A DNA stretch of 64,000 nucleotides. Origin: Candidatus Marinacidobacterales bacterium (GTDB lineage: Bacteria; Acidobacteriota; Vicinamibacteria; Marinacidobacterales; SMYC01). Shown here piece by piece: positions 50,009 to 59,916 of the stretch. The translations under genes and the position numbers were made by a program. The DNA lies in contig CBDCYI010000005.1 of the NCBI GenBank assembly GCA_965224085.1, positions 1,056,001 through 1,120,000 of the forward strand, written 5' to 3'. Within the stretch, counting starts at the first letter, position 1. Each line of letters opens with the position of its first letter. The notes below the pieces were generated by a model, which saw only the letters and a program-made list of their open reading frames with translations, made no database searches and was not told where the DNA came from.

Positions 50009-51206
50009 ATGATGTTACGCAACTTTGGGTCCGGGTCTTCTCGTCGCCGCCGCATTCATCGGGCCGGGGACCATCGTCACGGCGTCGCGCGCAGGGGCGA
50101 GCTTCGGCGCGGCGCTTCTCTGGGCCGTCGTCTTCTCGGCAGTGGCGACGGCGGTTCTTCAAGAAATGGCGGCTCGCGTCGGGCTCGTCACGCGGAGAGG
50201 ACTGAGCGAAGCCATTCGGGCGAGCATCTCGCAGCCCTTTCTTCGCTTCTTGTCGCTTGGCCTCGTCGCCGTGGCCATCACGCTCGGCAACGCGGCCTAC
50301 GAGACCGGGAATCTCCTTGGTGCCTCTCTCGGGCTCGAGATTTTGAGCGGCGTTTCTCCCAAGCTTTGGGCCATCGTCATCGCGGTGGCGGCGGCAGCAC
50401 TTCTTTTGAGCGGCGCCTACCGAATGATTCAGCGCGTTCTCATCGCGCTCGTCGTGCTCATGAGCTTCGTGTTCCTCGTGACGGCCATTCTCGTAGAGCC
50501 TTCGCTCGGCGAGCTAGGCCGTGGGCTCGTTCCCTCGGTGCCGGATGGGTCGCTTTTGATGATCATCGCGCTCATCGGCACAACGGTCGTTCCCTACAAC
50601 TTATTCCTTCACGCAAGCACGGTGCTGGAGAAGTGGCCCGCCGATATGAAGACCGACGAGGCGCTCGCGCAGTCGCGGCTGGACACAGCACTCTCGGTCG
50701 GTCTCGGCGGCCTCGTTACCATCGCGATCCTTGTGAACGCGACGCCGTTCAACGACGCGTCCAGCCTTTCGGACATCGCATCGCAGCTCGAGCCCGTACT
50801 CGGCGAATGGGCTGGAGCGTTCTTCGGTCTCGGTCTCTTCGCGGCGGGACTCACGAGCTCGATCACGGCACCGCTCGCAGCCGGGTATGCGATGTCCGGA
50901 GCACTCGGCTGGAAGCGCGATCTGACGTCGCCCCGCTTCCGAGCGGTGGTCACGTTCGTGGTGCTCACCGGTCTCCTGCTCGCACTCATCGGCGGGAGCC
51001 CGACGGAAGCCATCGTGATCGCGCAAGCAGCCAATGGCTTGCTCCTTCCCCTCATCGCGATCTTCTTGATCTTCGTCGTGAACGACGGCGCACTCATGGG
51101 TGCGTTTCGGAACGGGCCCCTGCAAAACGTTCTCGGGATGCTCGTCGTTCTCGTCGTGACGGGTCTCGGCGTCTACCAGCTGCTAAGGGTTTTCGGCGTG
51201 GTGTAG
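50009..51206 (+). CDS. Nramp-family divalent metal transporter (possible +1 frameshift after codon 5, or TTG start at 50025)
   Basis: LGPGLLVAAAFIGPGT, LQEMAARVG, IGTTVVPYN. Confidence 0.88.
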
Positions 51207-51980
51207 CAGGCGCCCCTCCATGCCCCCCGCGATCGGGAGGACGCTCCCACTGAGGTGGCCGCCGAGCTCGGGTGACGTAAACAAGACGATGGCGCGAGCA
51301 ACGTCCTCGGGCGATGCGATCTTTCGAAGCGCCATCGTTGCCGTGGCACGCGGAATGGCTGTGGAATCCTCCATCGACGATGCCGCCATCGGCGTATCGA
51401 CCCATCCGGGGCAGACACAGTTGACCCGCCCCCGCGGCGCGAGCCGCACGATCTCGTTTTTCAAGCTACGCGTCAGGCCATAGGCCATCGCCGCTTTGGC
51501 CGCCGAGTAGTCCGTATGGTTCTCCTCGCCAAAGACGGCCGCGGTCGAGGCGACGAACACGATCGAGGCCTCGTCGCGCGGCTTCTCCGCGAGGTGGCGC
51601 ATGAATCCGCGGCATGTGAGAAAGGCGCCCGTCAGATCCACCGCCATCGTCCTCTCCCACTGCTCGAGGCTCATCTCGTGAAGTGGCGTCTCGGTCTCGA
51701 TCCAAATCCCGGCGTTGACGACAATCGCATCGAGCCGAGAAAACGTACTGAGAGCTGTCGCGTACATCGCGTCCACATCCGCCTCGACGGAGACATCGGC
51801 TCGGACCACGACCGTCTCGACATCGAGGTCCTTGGCGAGTTCGTCCACGCTCTCTCGGTTCGTCCGATAGTGCAGCACGACGTTCGCGGCCTCGTCCGCG
51901 AATGCGCGTGCCGTCGCCGTGCCAATTCCACCTGAGGCGCCCGTTACGAGCACCGTCTGCTTTTCGAGGCCACTTCGCAT
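51183..51980 (-). CDS. SDR family oxidoreductase
   Basis: TGASGGIG, NAG, YSAAK, VCPGWVDT. Confidence 0.92.
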   Translation of the reverse strand: MRSGLEKQTVLVTGASGGIGTATARAFADEAANVVLHYRTNRESVDELAKDLDVETVVVRADVSVEADVDAMYATALSTFSRLDAIVVNAGIWIETETPLHEMSLEQWERTMAVDLTGAFLTCRGFMRHLAEKPRDEASIVFVASTAAVFGEENHTDYSAAKAAMAYGLTRSLKNEIVRLAPRGRVNCVCPGWVDTPMAASSMEDSTAIPRATATMALRKIASPEDVARAIVLFTSPELGGHLSGSVLPIAGGMEGRLLHHAENP

Positions 51981-52023
51981 GGTTTCCTTCTCTCTCGCTT
52001 ATAATCCCGCCGGGAGGTTCACC

Positions 52024-53436
52024 ATGGCGAGTCGCATTCTCATCTTATTCGCAATCCTCGTTCCCGTCACCGCTTTCGAGCAGGAAGAGCCACGTTCGTC
52101 TTGGCTCTCGCTGACGGAGGCGGAGAAGCAGAGCGTCGAGTCCCACGCTGCCGGCTACAAGGATTTCATGCGTGTCGCAAAAACAGAACTTGGTTTCGTG
52201 CGCGAAGCGGTCGATCTGGCGCGCGCGGCAAGCTTCCGCGAGCTTACCGATGACGCGCGTATCGAGCCGGGCGCACGTTTCTACGACGTGAACCGCGATC
52301 GAACCCTCACGGTCATCGTAATCGGCGAGAACAACTTGCGCAACGGCTTCCGCGTCGTAGGCGCTCATATCGACTCGCCCCGAATCGAGCTCAAAGCGCG
52401 GCCCATCTACGAGAAGGAAGGCTACGCGCTCTTGCAGACGAACTATCACGGCGGGATCAAAACCTACCAGTGAACCAACCTTCCGCTGGCACTGGTGGGG
52501 CGCGTCGATCTCAAGAACGGCCGCACGATCTGGATCTCCGTAGGCAACGACCCGAGCGAGCCCACCTTCATCATCCCCGACCTCTCCCCCCACGTGGACG
52601 CCGATCTTCGCGAGCGCAGAAACCGCGATGTCATCCAGCACGAAGAGCTCGACCCGGTGGTCGGTCATATCCCAGGGCCCGGCGAGGGCGACGAGAGCGT
52701 GAAGCGGTCCGTCGTCGACTACCTCCGGAGGGAGTACGAGATCGGCATCGACGACCTCGTCTCGGCCGAGCTTGCGCTCGTTCCCGCTTTGGCGCCGCGC
52801 GACGTGGGGTTCGACCGCGGCCTGATGGCGATCTACGGGCAAGACGATCGGCTTTCTGGCTACGCGGCGCTCAAGGCCGTGCTCGACACGGAGGCTCCCG
52901 AGGTCACGTCCATCGCTTATCTCGTCGATAACGAAGAAGTGGGCAACGTCAACAATACCGGGGCGGACTCGAGCTATCTCGTCGACTTGATGGGACGGCT
53001 CCTCTACGCGCAGATGGGAGACGACTTTCGCGAACATTGGCTCCGGAAGGCCCGGCGGGAAACGTTGGTCATTTCTTCGGACGTCAACCCCGGTATCCAT
53101 CCCACCTGAGCCTCGGCGTGGGAGGAAGGCAACGCACCGCGGCTCGGCTTCGGCGTCAACTTCAAGATGTACGGCCGCGGTTTCAACGCAAACTCGGAAT
53201 ACACCGCTTGGATCCGAAGGGTTCTCGACGACGCAAACGTGCCGTGGCAAATAGCGACGTATAAAGTCGGCCGCTCCGGCGGCGGCACGATCGGTGGCGC
53301 GCTCGCGGACGACAACATGGAAGTCATCGACTTCGGCGTCCCCGTGCTCTCCATCCACACGCCCTACTCCGTGAGCTCCAAAGTCGACGTTTACCATCTC
53401 TACCGTGCCATGCACGCATTCTTTCGGAGCCCATGA
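52024..53436 (+). pseudogene. M18 family aminopeptidase interrupted by two in-frame TGA codons
   Basis: Three track ORFs share one frame: GAHIDSPR, YHGGIKTYQ*, GQDDR, DNEEVG, SSDV, IHPT*, GGTIG, LSIHTP. Confidence 0.9.
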
Positions 53437-53590
53437 GAGCGCTCACCTCCGCATTCTTACGCTGACGTGGAGCTGCGCGCCGGCCCCATCGTCGATCCCC
53501 GAAGACGATGGCACTCGCGTCCATCCAACCGGCCGAGCTCCGCGCCCCTATGAGCTTTCTCGCGGAGAAATTCTCTCGCCCTTAGGGCCC

Positions 53591-54568
53591 TTAGGGAAGC
53601 TCGCCGCTCAACTCCTCGTAAACCTTTGCGATCGCGCGCGCGCCTTGGCTCGATCGTAGGGTCCACTCTTCGAGCTCACCGAAATCGCTTCGCGCATGCG
53701 CGGCTTCGGCATCGAGACCCATTCCGTGAAGCCTGGTTGCTTCCGCGATCACCTGCTCCATCGCTTCGCGGTAGATCTGGAGCTCTTCTTCGAGGATCGC
53801 CGGCGTTTCCACGAATCCATGGCCCGGCAAATAAACATCAACATCCATGGCTTGCGCTTTGATGATCATCTCGACCCATTCCGACGGATAGGCCGAGCGC
53901 ATGGCGGGAAAGATGCGATTGAGGTACGCCTCGCTCATGAAGAGGATTTTTTCCTCGGGCAAATAGACGTGAAGATCGCCTCCGGTATGCGCGCGACCTA
54001 GAAAGAGAATGCGGATCTCTCTACCGCCGAGCGTTAACACCTTCTCCTCTTCGACCAGCTCGGTTGGGATGATGACCGGCGGGGCGCCCTCGCGGCGGTT
54101 CGGGCTCGAAGCGGCCGCCTCGAGCGTCGCTTTGGAGGTTGGGTGCGCGTAGAACACGGCGTCTTCCGGGAACGAGACGTTGCCTGCGGTGTGGTCACCG
54201 TGGTCCGAGCAAATTACGACATGGGTAATCCGCTGGTCGCTGAACTCCGCGACGGCATCGACGAGCCGCTTGGTTTCTTCGGGGCTTCCTTGTCCGTCGG
54301 CAACGAGGACACCTTCATCCGTGACGACGAACAAGCTCACCGTCGTGAACTTCTCGTCGCCGGCGGAGCGAAGCTGTTCGTACGAATAGACCCCCTCGGC
54401 GAGCTCTTGCACTCGCGGAAAGTCGCCATCGGTATAACCGCGCTTTTCGGGATCTCCCGTGCGTACGATAGAGGCGGCAGAGCTCTCAGGCTCAGGCTTG
54501 GGGGTTTTTGGCAGGGAGCAGGCGACAGCGATACCCAGAACGACGAAGCTCAACGGTCTAAAAGGCAT
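53591..54568 (-). CDS. MBL-fold lipoprotein (cyclase-like) with atypical metal motif
   Basis: Lipobox AVAC, SDHGDHTAGN, AHTGGD, PGHG. Confidence 0.82.
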   Translation of the reverse strand: MPFRPLSFVVLGIAVACSLPKTPKPEPESSAASIVRTGDPEKRGYTDGDFPRVQELAEGVYSYEQLRSAGDEKFTTVSLFVVTDEGVLVADGQGSPEETKRLVDAVAEFSDQRITHVVICSDHGDHTAGNVSFPEDAVFYAHPTSKATLEAAASSPNRREGAPPVIIPTELVEEEKVLTLGGREIRILFLGRAHTGGDLHVYLPEEKILFMSEAYLNRIFPAMRSAYPSEWVEMIIKAQAMDVDVYLPGHGFVETPAILEEELQIYREAMEQVIAEATRLHGMGLDAEAAHARSDFGELEEWTLRSSQGARAIAKVYEELSGELP

Positions 54569-54733
54569 GATCGGTCCCTCCATCGCGGCGCATTATACAG
54601 GCCGCCGCCGGGGGTTTCCCCTACAAGAAAGTGACGGGAATCCCCCACTCCCCCGCTCACAGCCGTTCCCATTCGCGTTCTTATAAGGTGTACAGCATCA
54701 TCGCGCGCCCTCGTACACAGCAGGAGGCAACTC

Positions 54734-55009
54734 ATGTGGAAAAAGAATGACCCCGCCGGTGCCGGTTCTTTCGAAAAGCCCAAAACGGTCCACCCACCGT
54801 CGCCGCCACGGACGGCGCCAATCGGTGGAAGTCTCGCCATCAAGGGAGGTCTGTTCGGCGAAGAAGATCTCTTCATCGAGGGCACGATCGAAGGTAATAT
54901 TGCGGTAAAGTAAGGCAGCGTCACGCTCGGCGAGCGGGGTCGGGTGTCCGCGGATGTTTATGCGACGAACATTCAGGTCGCCGGTGACGTTCGGGGCGAG
55001 AGTGTTTAG
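54734..55009 (+). pseudogene. Bactofilin (polymer-forming cytoskeletal protein) pseudogene
   Basis: AGGAGG RBS; MWKK..IGGSLAIKGGLFGEEDLFIEGTIEGNI, TAA at 54911-54913, VTLGERGRVSADV..IQVAGDVRG, then truncated; absent from the ORF track. Confidence 0.85.
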
Positions 55010-55021
55010 ATAAGGAAGCGC

Positions 55022-55711
55022 ATGCGTTTGTCTCTCTTTCGGGGCGCCAAAGGTGTCTCCGAGAACGAAATCTCAGAAGCTACTCAAAGGTGCCTCGGGC
55101 TTCGCGCGCTGCTTCCTCAATCGGAGGACGCGACCCTGCGTGTCCTCGACCTCGGCACCGCACGGACGGCGAATCTTGATTTCTTCGCCAACTATGGCGG
55201 CCAACTTACCGTCGCGGATTTCTACCGCGGTCTTCGACCTCTGCGAGCTGCCTCAGAGGACGACGATCGCAAGCGCAAGGCAATTGTCGAGCTTCTCGAC
55301 TACGGCCACGAAAAGCACTTCGACCTCGTTCTCGCTTGGGATCTTCTGAACTATCTCACGCCTCAGGAGCACCAGCTTCTCATGACGACGCTCGAACCGT
55401 TTCTCGTTCCAGGGACGGCGATACTTGCCTTCGTTTGGATGCTGAAGGAAATGCCTCCCGGGCCGTCACGCTACTGGGTCCGAGACGAGGAAACCGTCGC
55501 CTTCGAAACCCAGGAAGGACGCGCGCGACCTTGTCCGCGCTACTTAGAACAGGACCTGTTGAAACGGATGCCGAGCCTGACGGTCGAAAGCCGCTACCAG
55601 CTGCGCAACGGCTTGCTCGAATACGTCTTCTCGTACCGTAGGAGCTCGAGGCGCGCCGCCGCAACCTCTAGGGCACAGATGCGTTATCCGTTGGCGCCGG
55701 CCCCTCGATAG
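55022..55711 (+). CDS. Class I SAM-dependent methyltransferase-like protein
   Basis: RVLDLG, FDLVLAWDLLNYL, LVPG. Confidence 0.7.
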   Translation: MRLSLFRGAKGVSENEISEATQRCLGLRALLPQSEDATLRVLDLGTARTANLDFFANYGGQLTVADFYRGLRPLRAASEDDDRKRKAIVELLDYGHEKHFDLVLAWDLLNYLTPQEHQLLMTTLEPFLVPGTAILAFVWMLKEMPPGPSRYWVRDEETVAFETQEGRARPCPRYLEQDLLKRMPSLTVESRYQLRNGLLEYVFSYRRSSRRAAATSRAQMRYPLAPAPR

Positions 55712-56885
55712 AGTCGATTACTTTCCCGATAAATTCGTCCAGTCCGCCGCCAATCCAGCGCACCACGACGACCAGATCGTTCTCCCAGTCGATATAAATG
55801 ATATTTGCGCCGGCGCCGCGGAACGCCACCACGGTCTCTGGTGCCGAAGGTAGCGCTTGCCGGCGCTCGCCTTCGTCGTTCACGTAAGGCTCGTTCAAGA
55901 ACCAGTTCATGAAGCCATAACCTTGGTTCACGCCCGGGGTACGTGCCATTTCAATCCATTCTTCGGAGATGATCCGCTTACCACTCCAAGTGCCGTTCCT
56001 GAGAAAGAGATAGCCGAAACGCGCCATGTCGCGCGCGTTGATGTGCATTCCGCCGCCCCAGTGGCCGCCGCCGCTCACCGACTGCATGTGGACACCGTCG
56101 ATCATGACCCAGGAGTTCTCGTAGCCGTGCCAGCGCCACGTGTTTGTCGCGCCAATCGGCTCCATCACGTATTCGCGCAGCACTCGAGGCAGCGGCCGAC
56201 GCCAAACGTGGAGTGCTATGAGAGCGAGCAAGTTCACGCGCACGTCGTTGTACTTGTAGTGCGTCCCTGGCTCGTACAAGGGACGGCTTGGGTAGTCGAG
56301 AGGCGTCTCGCCGACGGGCCGGTCCGCCCAGTCGGGCTTGCCCCAGAGTGTTCCTTGCCAGTCGCTCGTCTGACGCAAGAGGTGATCCCACGTGATGCTC
56401 TGGTTGTGCTCGCTCCCGAAAAGCTCGTCGGTCGGGACGTAGTCGCTTGCGAGATCGTGCACGTCGCGGATGAGGCCACGATCATAGGCGAGCCCCACCG
56501 TCGTGGAAAGGAAAGTCTTCGTCACGCTGAAGGTCATGTCGACCTTCTTGGTATCCCCCCACTCGGCCACGATGTAGCCGTTTTTGACGACAATACCGTT
56601 CAATGCCGCCCGCACCGTCGTCGGGCCGATTCGGCGGCCGAACGGCTCGCGGGCGAAGTTCGAGAGCTCGTGGTTGAGCGCGAGGTCCTTGTTGGCTTCG
56701 GATTCCTTGCCGATCGCGAAGTCGATGGCCTCCTGAAGCTTGACAGCGTTCATGCCAAGCTCGCCCGGATCCTGCGCTGTCCAGTTGCGGCGTTCCGGAA
56801 AGTAGGGGTCCTGGCCGAAAGCCAAGCTGCTCGAGACAACGAGCGCCAAAAGTAAGCTCGAGACGGCAATCCGCTTCATCATCAT
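55668..56885 (-). CDS. Serine hydrolase, beta-lactamase class C-like, exported
   Basis: FSVTKT (SxxK), HLLRQTS, YKYND, ARDMARFG. Confidence 0.9.
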   Translation of the reverse strand: MMMKRIAVSSLLLALVVSSSLAFGQDPYFPERRNWTAQDPGELGMNAVKLQEAIDFAIGKESEANKDLALNHELSNFAREPFGRRIGPTTVRAALNGIVVKNGYIVAEWGDTKKVDMTFSVTKTFLSTTVGLAYDRGLIRDVHDLASDYVPTDELFGSEHNQSITWDHLLRQTSDWQGTLWGKPDWADRPVGETPLDYPSRPLYEPGTHYKYNDVRVNLLALIALHVWRRPLPRVLREYVMEPIGATNTWRWHGYENSWVMIDGVHMQSVSGGGHWGGGMHINARDMARFGYLFLRNGTWSGKRIISEEWIEMARTPGVNQGYGFMNWFLNEPYVNDEGERRQALPSAPETVVAFRGAGANIIYIDWENDLVVVVRWIGGGLDEFIGKVIDSIEGPAPTDNASVP

Positions 56886-56954
56886 AGGAGCCTCCCTTGA
56901 TCGCCGCGATGTTATGCGGCTCCGGGATTTGGCGCAAATTGTTATCATCGGCGG

Positions 56955-58706
56955 ATGCGATGGTCGAACGTGTTCATCCCGACGCTCCGGGACGATCCTG
57001 CGGACGCGGAAGCGATTAGCCACAAGCTCATGCTTCGCGCCGGGCTCGTCCGGCAACTTGCCTCCGGCATCTATTCCAAGCTACCCCTCGGCTTCCGCGC
57101 CTCGCGCAAAGTCGAGGCCATCGTGCGCGAAGAGATGGAGCGCATCGGCGCGCAAGAATTCCACCTTCCGGTCATCCATCCAGGGGAGCTCTGGAAGCAA
57201 AGCGGTCGCTGGTTCGACATCGGCGACGAGATGTTCCGCCTCAAAGACCGGCGCCAAGGTGATTACTGCCTCGGCATGACCCATGAAGAGGTCTTCACTG
57301 CGATCGCGCGGGACGAGCTCCGGAGCTATCGGCAGCTTCCGCAGATTTGGTTCCAGATCCAGACGAAGTTTCGCGACGAAGCCCGGCCGAAATCCGGTGT
57401 GCTTCGCGGACGCGAGTTCGTCATGAAGGATTCCTACACTTTCGACGTCGATTTCGCCGGTCTCGATGTCGGCTTCGACAAGCATGCCAAGGCTTACCAC
57501 CGCATCTTCGAGCGCTGCGGGATTCGATCTATCCCCGTGCAGGCATCCTCAGGTTCCATGGGTGGGAGCACTTCAATCGAGTTTATGAGTGTCTCGGACG
57601 CGGGCGAAGACTGGATCGTGACATGCCCAAGCTGCGACTACGCGGCCAATTTGGAGAAAGCCACGTCGGTAGCGTCCGCGGTGGAGGATCCCGACGACAG
57701 GGCGGAGATCGAGAAATTTCCGACACCCGGTGTCCGAACGATCGATGCTCTCGCGAAGCTTGACGGCGGTGCCGCGGCGGAGAGGCAGATCAAAACGCTC
57801 GTCTACATCGTCGAAGAGGAAGCGACGCTCTTTCTTGTGCGTGGCGACCACGAGCTGAACGAAGTCAAACTCGCCGAAGCAACAGGCGCGACTAATTTCC
57901 GGCCGGCCACGCCGGAGGAATGTCAAGAAGCGCTTGGCGCGTTACCTGGAAGCCTTGGCGCCGTTGGTGTCGTCGAAGGGCTCACCATTTACGCCGACGA
58001 CACATTGAAAGGCCGTGACGGGATGGTGACCGGTGCGAACGAGGATGACTTCCACATCCGGCACGTTCGCGTGGAGCGGGATCTCGCGAATGTTCGATGG
58101 ACGAGCCTAAGGAGCGTCGTCGCGGGAGACGCGTGCACGAAGTGCGGGAGCGCACTCGAGGTCAAGAAGACGATCGAGCTAGGACATATTTTCAAGCTCG
58201 GCCTGAAATATTCGGAGTCGATGGGCTTGAACGTCTTGAACGAGCAAGGCAAGGAAGTTCCCGTGGTGATGGGATCCTACGGGATCGGGATCGAGCGGCT
58301 CGTCGCCGCCGTCATCGAGGCCTATCACGACGAGTTCGGCATCGTGTGGCCCTGGTCGGTCGCACCGTTTCACATCGTCATCACGCCCATCTCTCTCAAA
58401 GACGAGGCGGCGCTCGCGAAGGCCGAGGAGATCTACGAAGCCTTGAGTCCGAATTACGAAGTGCTTTTCGACGATCGCAGCGAACGGCCGGGCGTGAAGT
58501 TCAAAGACGCCGATCTCATCGGCATACCGCTACGCGTCATCATCGGACCGAAAGGGCTCGAAAAAGGCACGGTCGATATCTTCGAGCGTGCGACCAAAGA
58601 GAAGACCGACGTACCCGTCGACGCCATGCTGAGCGAAATCGATAAGCGCGCCGAGCAGCTCGCGGCACGCGTTGGCGTTGTTGCACGGCCCGGAGCAAAT
58701 CGCTGA
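56955..58706 (+). CDS. proS: Proline--tRNA ligase (bacterial type with editing domain)
   Basis: SHKLMLRAG, THEE, KFRDEARP, GHIFKLG, MGSYGIG, GVKFKDADLIG; last codons and stop come from the IS. Confidence 0.97.
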   Translation: MRWSNVFIPTLRDDPADAEAISHKLMLRAGLVRQLASGIYSKLPLGFRASRKVEAIVREEMERIGAQEFHLPVIHPGELWKQSGRWFDIGDEMFRLKDRRQGDYCLGMTHEEVFTAIARDELRSYRQLPQIWFQIQTKFRDEARPKSGVLRGREFVMKDSYTFDVDFAGLDVGFDKHAKAYHRIFERCGIRSIPVQASSGSMGGSTSIEFMSVSDAGEDWIVTCPSCDYAANLEKATSVASAVEDPDDRAEIEKFPTPGVRTIDALAKLDGGAAAERQIKTLVYIVEEEATLFLVRGDHELNEVKLAEATGATNFRPATPEECQEALGALPGSLGAVGVVEGLTIYADDTLKGRDGMVTGANEDDFHIRHVRVERDLANVRWTSLRSVVAGDACTKCGSALEVKKTIELGHIFKLGLKYSESMGLNVLNEQGKEVPVVMGSYGIGIERLVAAVIEAYHDEFGIVWPWSVAPFHIVITPISLKDEAALAKAEEIYEALSPNYEVLFDDRSERPGVKFKDADLIGIPLRVIIGPKGLEKGTVDIFERATKEKTDVPVDAMLSEIDKRAEQLAARVGVVARPGANR

Positions 58707-59760
58707 CCTCCCTGTGCCGGTCGGAGAGTCACCCGGCGCAGTAAGTATCGGGCATGCCGAGCGCGGTCATCTTGTTGAGTATCTCGCACCCAATTCGGTG
58801 TTCAACTCGTTGCCTCGCCAACGTTCGAGCCCGCATGTCGGGCCCCATGATCGCCTTGTAACGATAGACCGCGTTCTCCACCATGCTTCGCTCGGTGCAG
58901 CCTGAGAGCTTGTACCATTCACGTCGGCCGTGTCTTTCGATGGCACGAATATGGCGGTCGCGTTCCCGCATGGCGGTGTTCGAATTCTGACTGAGCGTGG
59001 CGTTTCGTTGCGGCGGAATCACCACGCGCGTCCTTCGTCCAGGGCTGTGCGCTTCGATGGCTTCGTAGACCGCTTCCTTGTCGTATGCACTGTCCGCCGC
59101 CACCGACGCTATAGGTGCTTGAATCTGTGTTAGCAAAGGGGGGACTCGCGTTGCGTCGCGAGCTCGTGACGCCGTCAGTTCGGACGCAACAATGTTGCCG
59201 GTCTTGCGATCAACGGCGATGTGCAACTTGCGCCAGGCGCGCTGCTTTGGCGGTTTGCGGGTGGTTCCAACATGAATCCTCAAGCCCGTGCTATCGATCA
59301 TCAGGTGGATTGGTTGATTGCTTGCGGCTTTCCGAATCCGCAGCTTCTTGCGGAGCAGCCTCGACCGCCGACACAACGTCGAGTAGTCCGGGATCTCGAT
59401 ACACAGCCGGAGAAGCGAGGCGATCGAGTGCAAGAAGCCTTCGGTTTGGCGGTAGGCAAGCTTGTACACCATCCGGACAACCAGGCCCGTTTCAATCGCC
59501 ATCTCTGAATAGACCCGTTGACCGCCAGGCTTACCGCTCTTGTCGGCCTTCCAGTTCGCGATTGCCTCCTCGTCAAACCAGACCGTCAAATCGACCCGGC
59601 GGCGTAGCCCTTCGTTGTATTCCGCCCAGTTGGAAACGTGGTACTTCTTCTGCTTCGCGTGCTTGTACTGGCTGCGCTTGGGATACTTCATGGTCGAACA
59701 TTACCTCGGCCACCACCATAGGTAGATTTCGCGCTCAGCCAAGAGCGGTGCAACAACGCC
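58674..59760 (-). mobile_element. IS5-family (IS903-like) insertion sequence, 1087 bp
   Basis: 13-bp perfect inverted ends GGCGTTGTTGCAC / GTGCAACAACGCC; no flanking direct repeat. Confidence 0.92.
58729..59691 (-). CDS. IS5-family transposase
   Basis: NWAEYNEGL, PDYSTLCRR, IDSTGL, WRKLHIAVD, ADSAYD, RSMVENAVYRYK. Confidence 0.93.
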   Translation of the reverse strand: MKYPKRSQYKHAKQKKYHVSNWAEYNEGLRRRVDLTVWFDEEAIANWKADKSGKPGGQRVYSEMAIETGLVVRMVYKLAYRQTEGFLHSIASLLRLCIEIPDYSTLCRRSRLLRKKLRIRKAASNQPIHLMIDSTGLRIHVGTTRKPPKQRAWRKLHIAVDRKTGNIVASELTASRARDATRVPPLLTQIQAPIASVAADSAYDKEAVYEAIEAHSPGRRTRVVIPPQRNATLSQNSNTAMRERDRHIRAIERHGRREWYKLSGCTERSMVENAVYRYKAIMGPDMRARTLARQRVEHRIGCEILNKMTALGMPDTYCAG

Positions 59761-59916
59761 AGTCGTATGAGGGAGCGAAGAAATAAAGGACAAAGCTCTT
59801 CGCGCTATCGTCGACAGCTCGGTTCTAGAGCTGCCTTCATGACCGGCTTGAAGTGTGAGCAAGCGTAGCACAGCCACGATGGTGCTAGCGCTTTGGCGCG
59901 AGTCGCTCGATGTTGT

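Noticed and set aside
52024-53436. Genome-wide reassignment of UGA to Trp
   Set aside because: argS, bshC, rmlA and others end in TGA at their expected C-termini, and intact genes use TGG for Trp.
53437-53590. Possible peptidase C-terminal remnant (WMDASAI)
   Set aside because: A single short motif; insufficient evidence.
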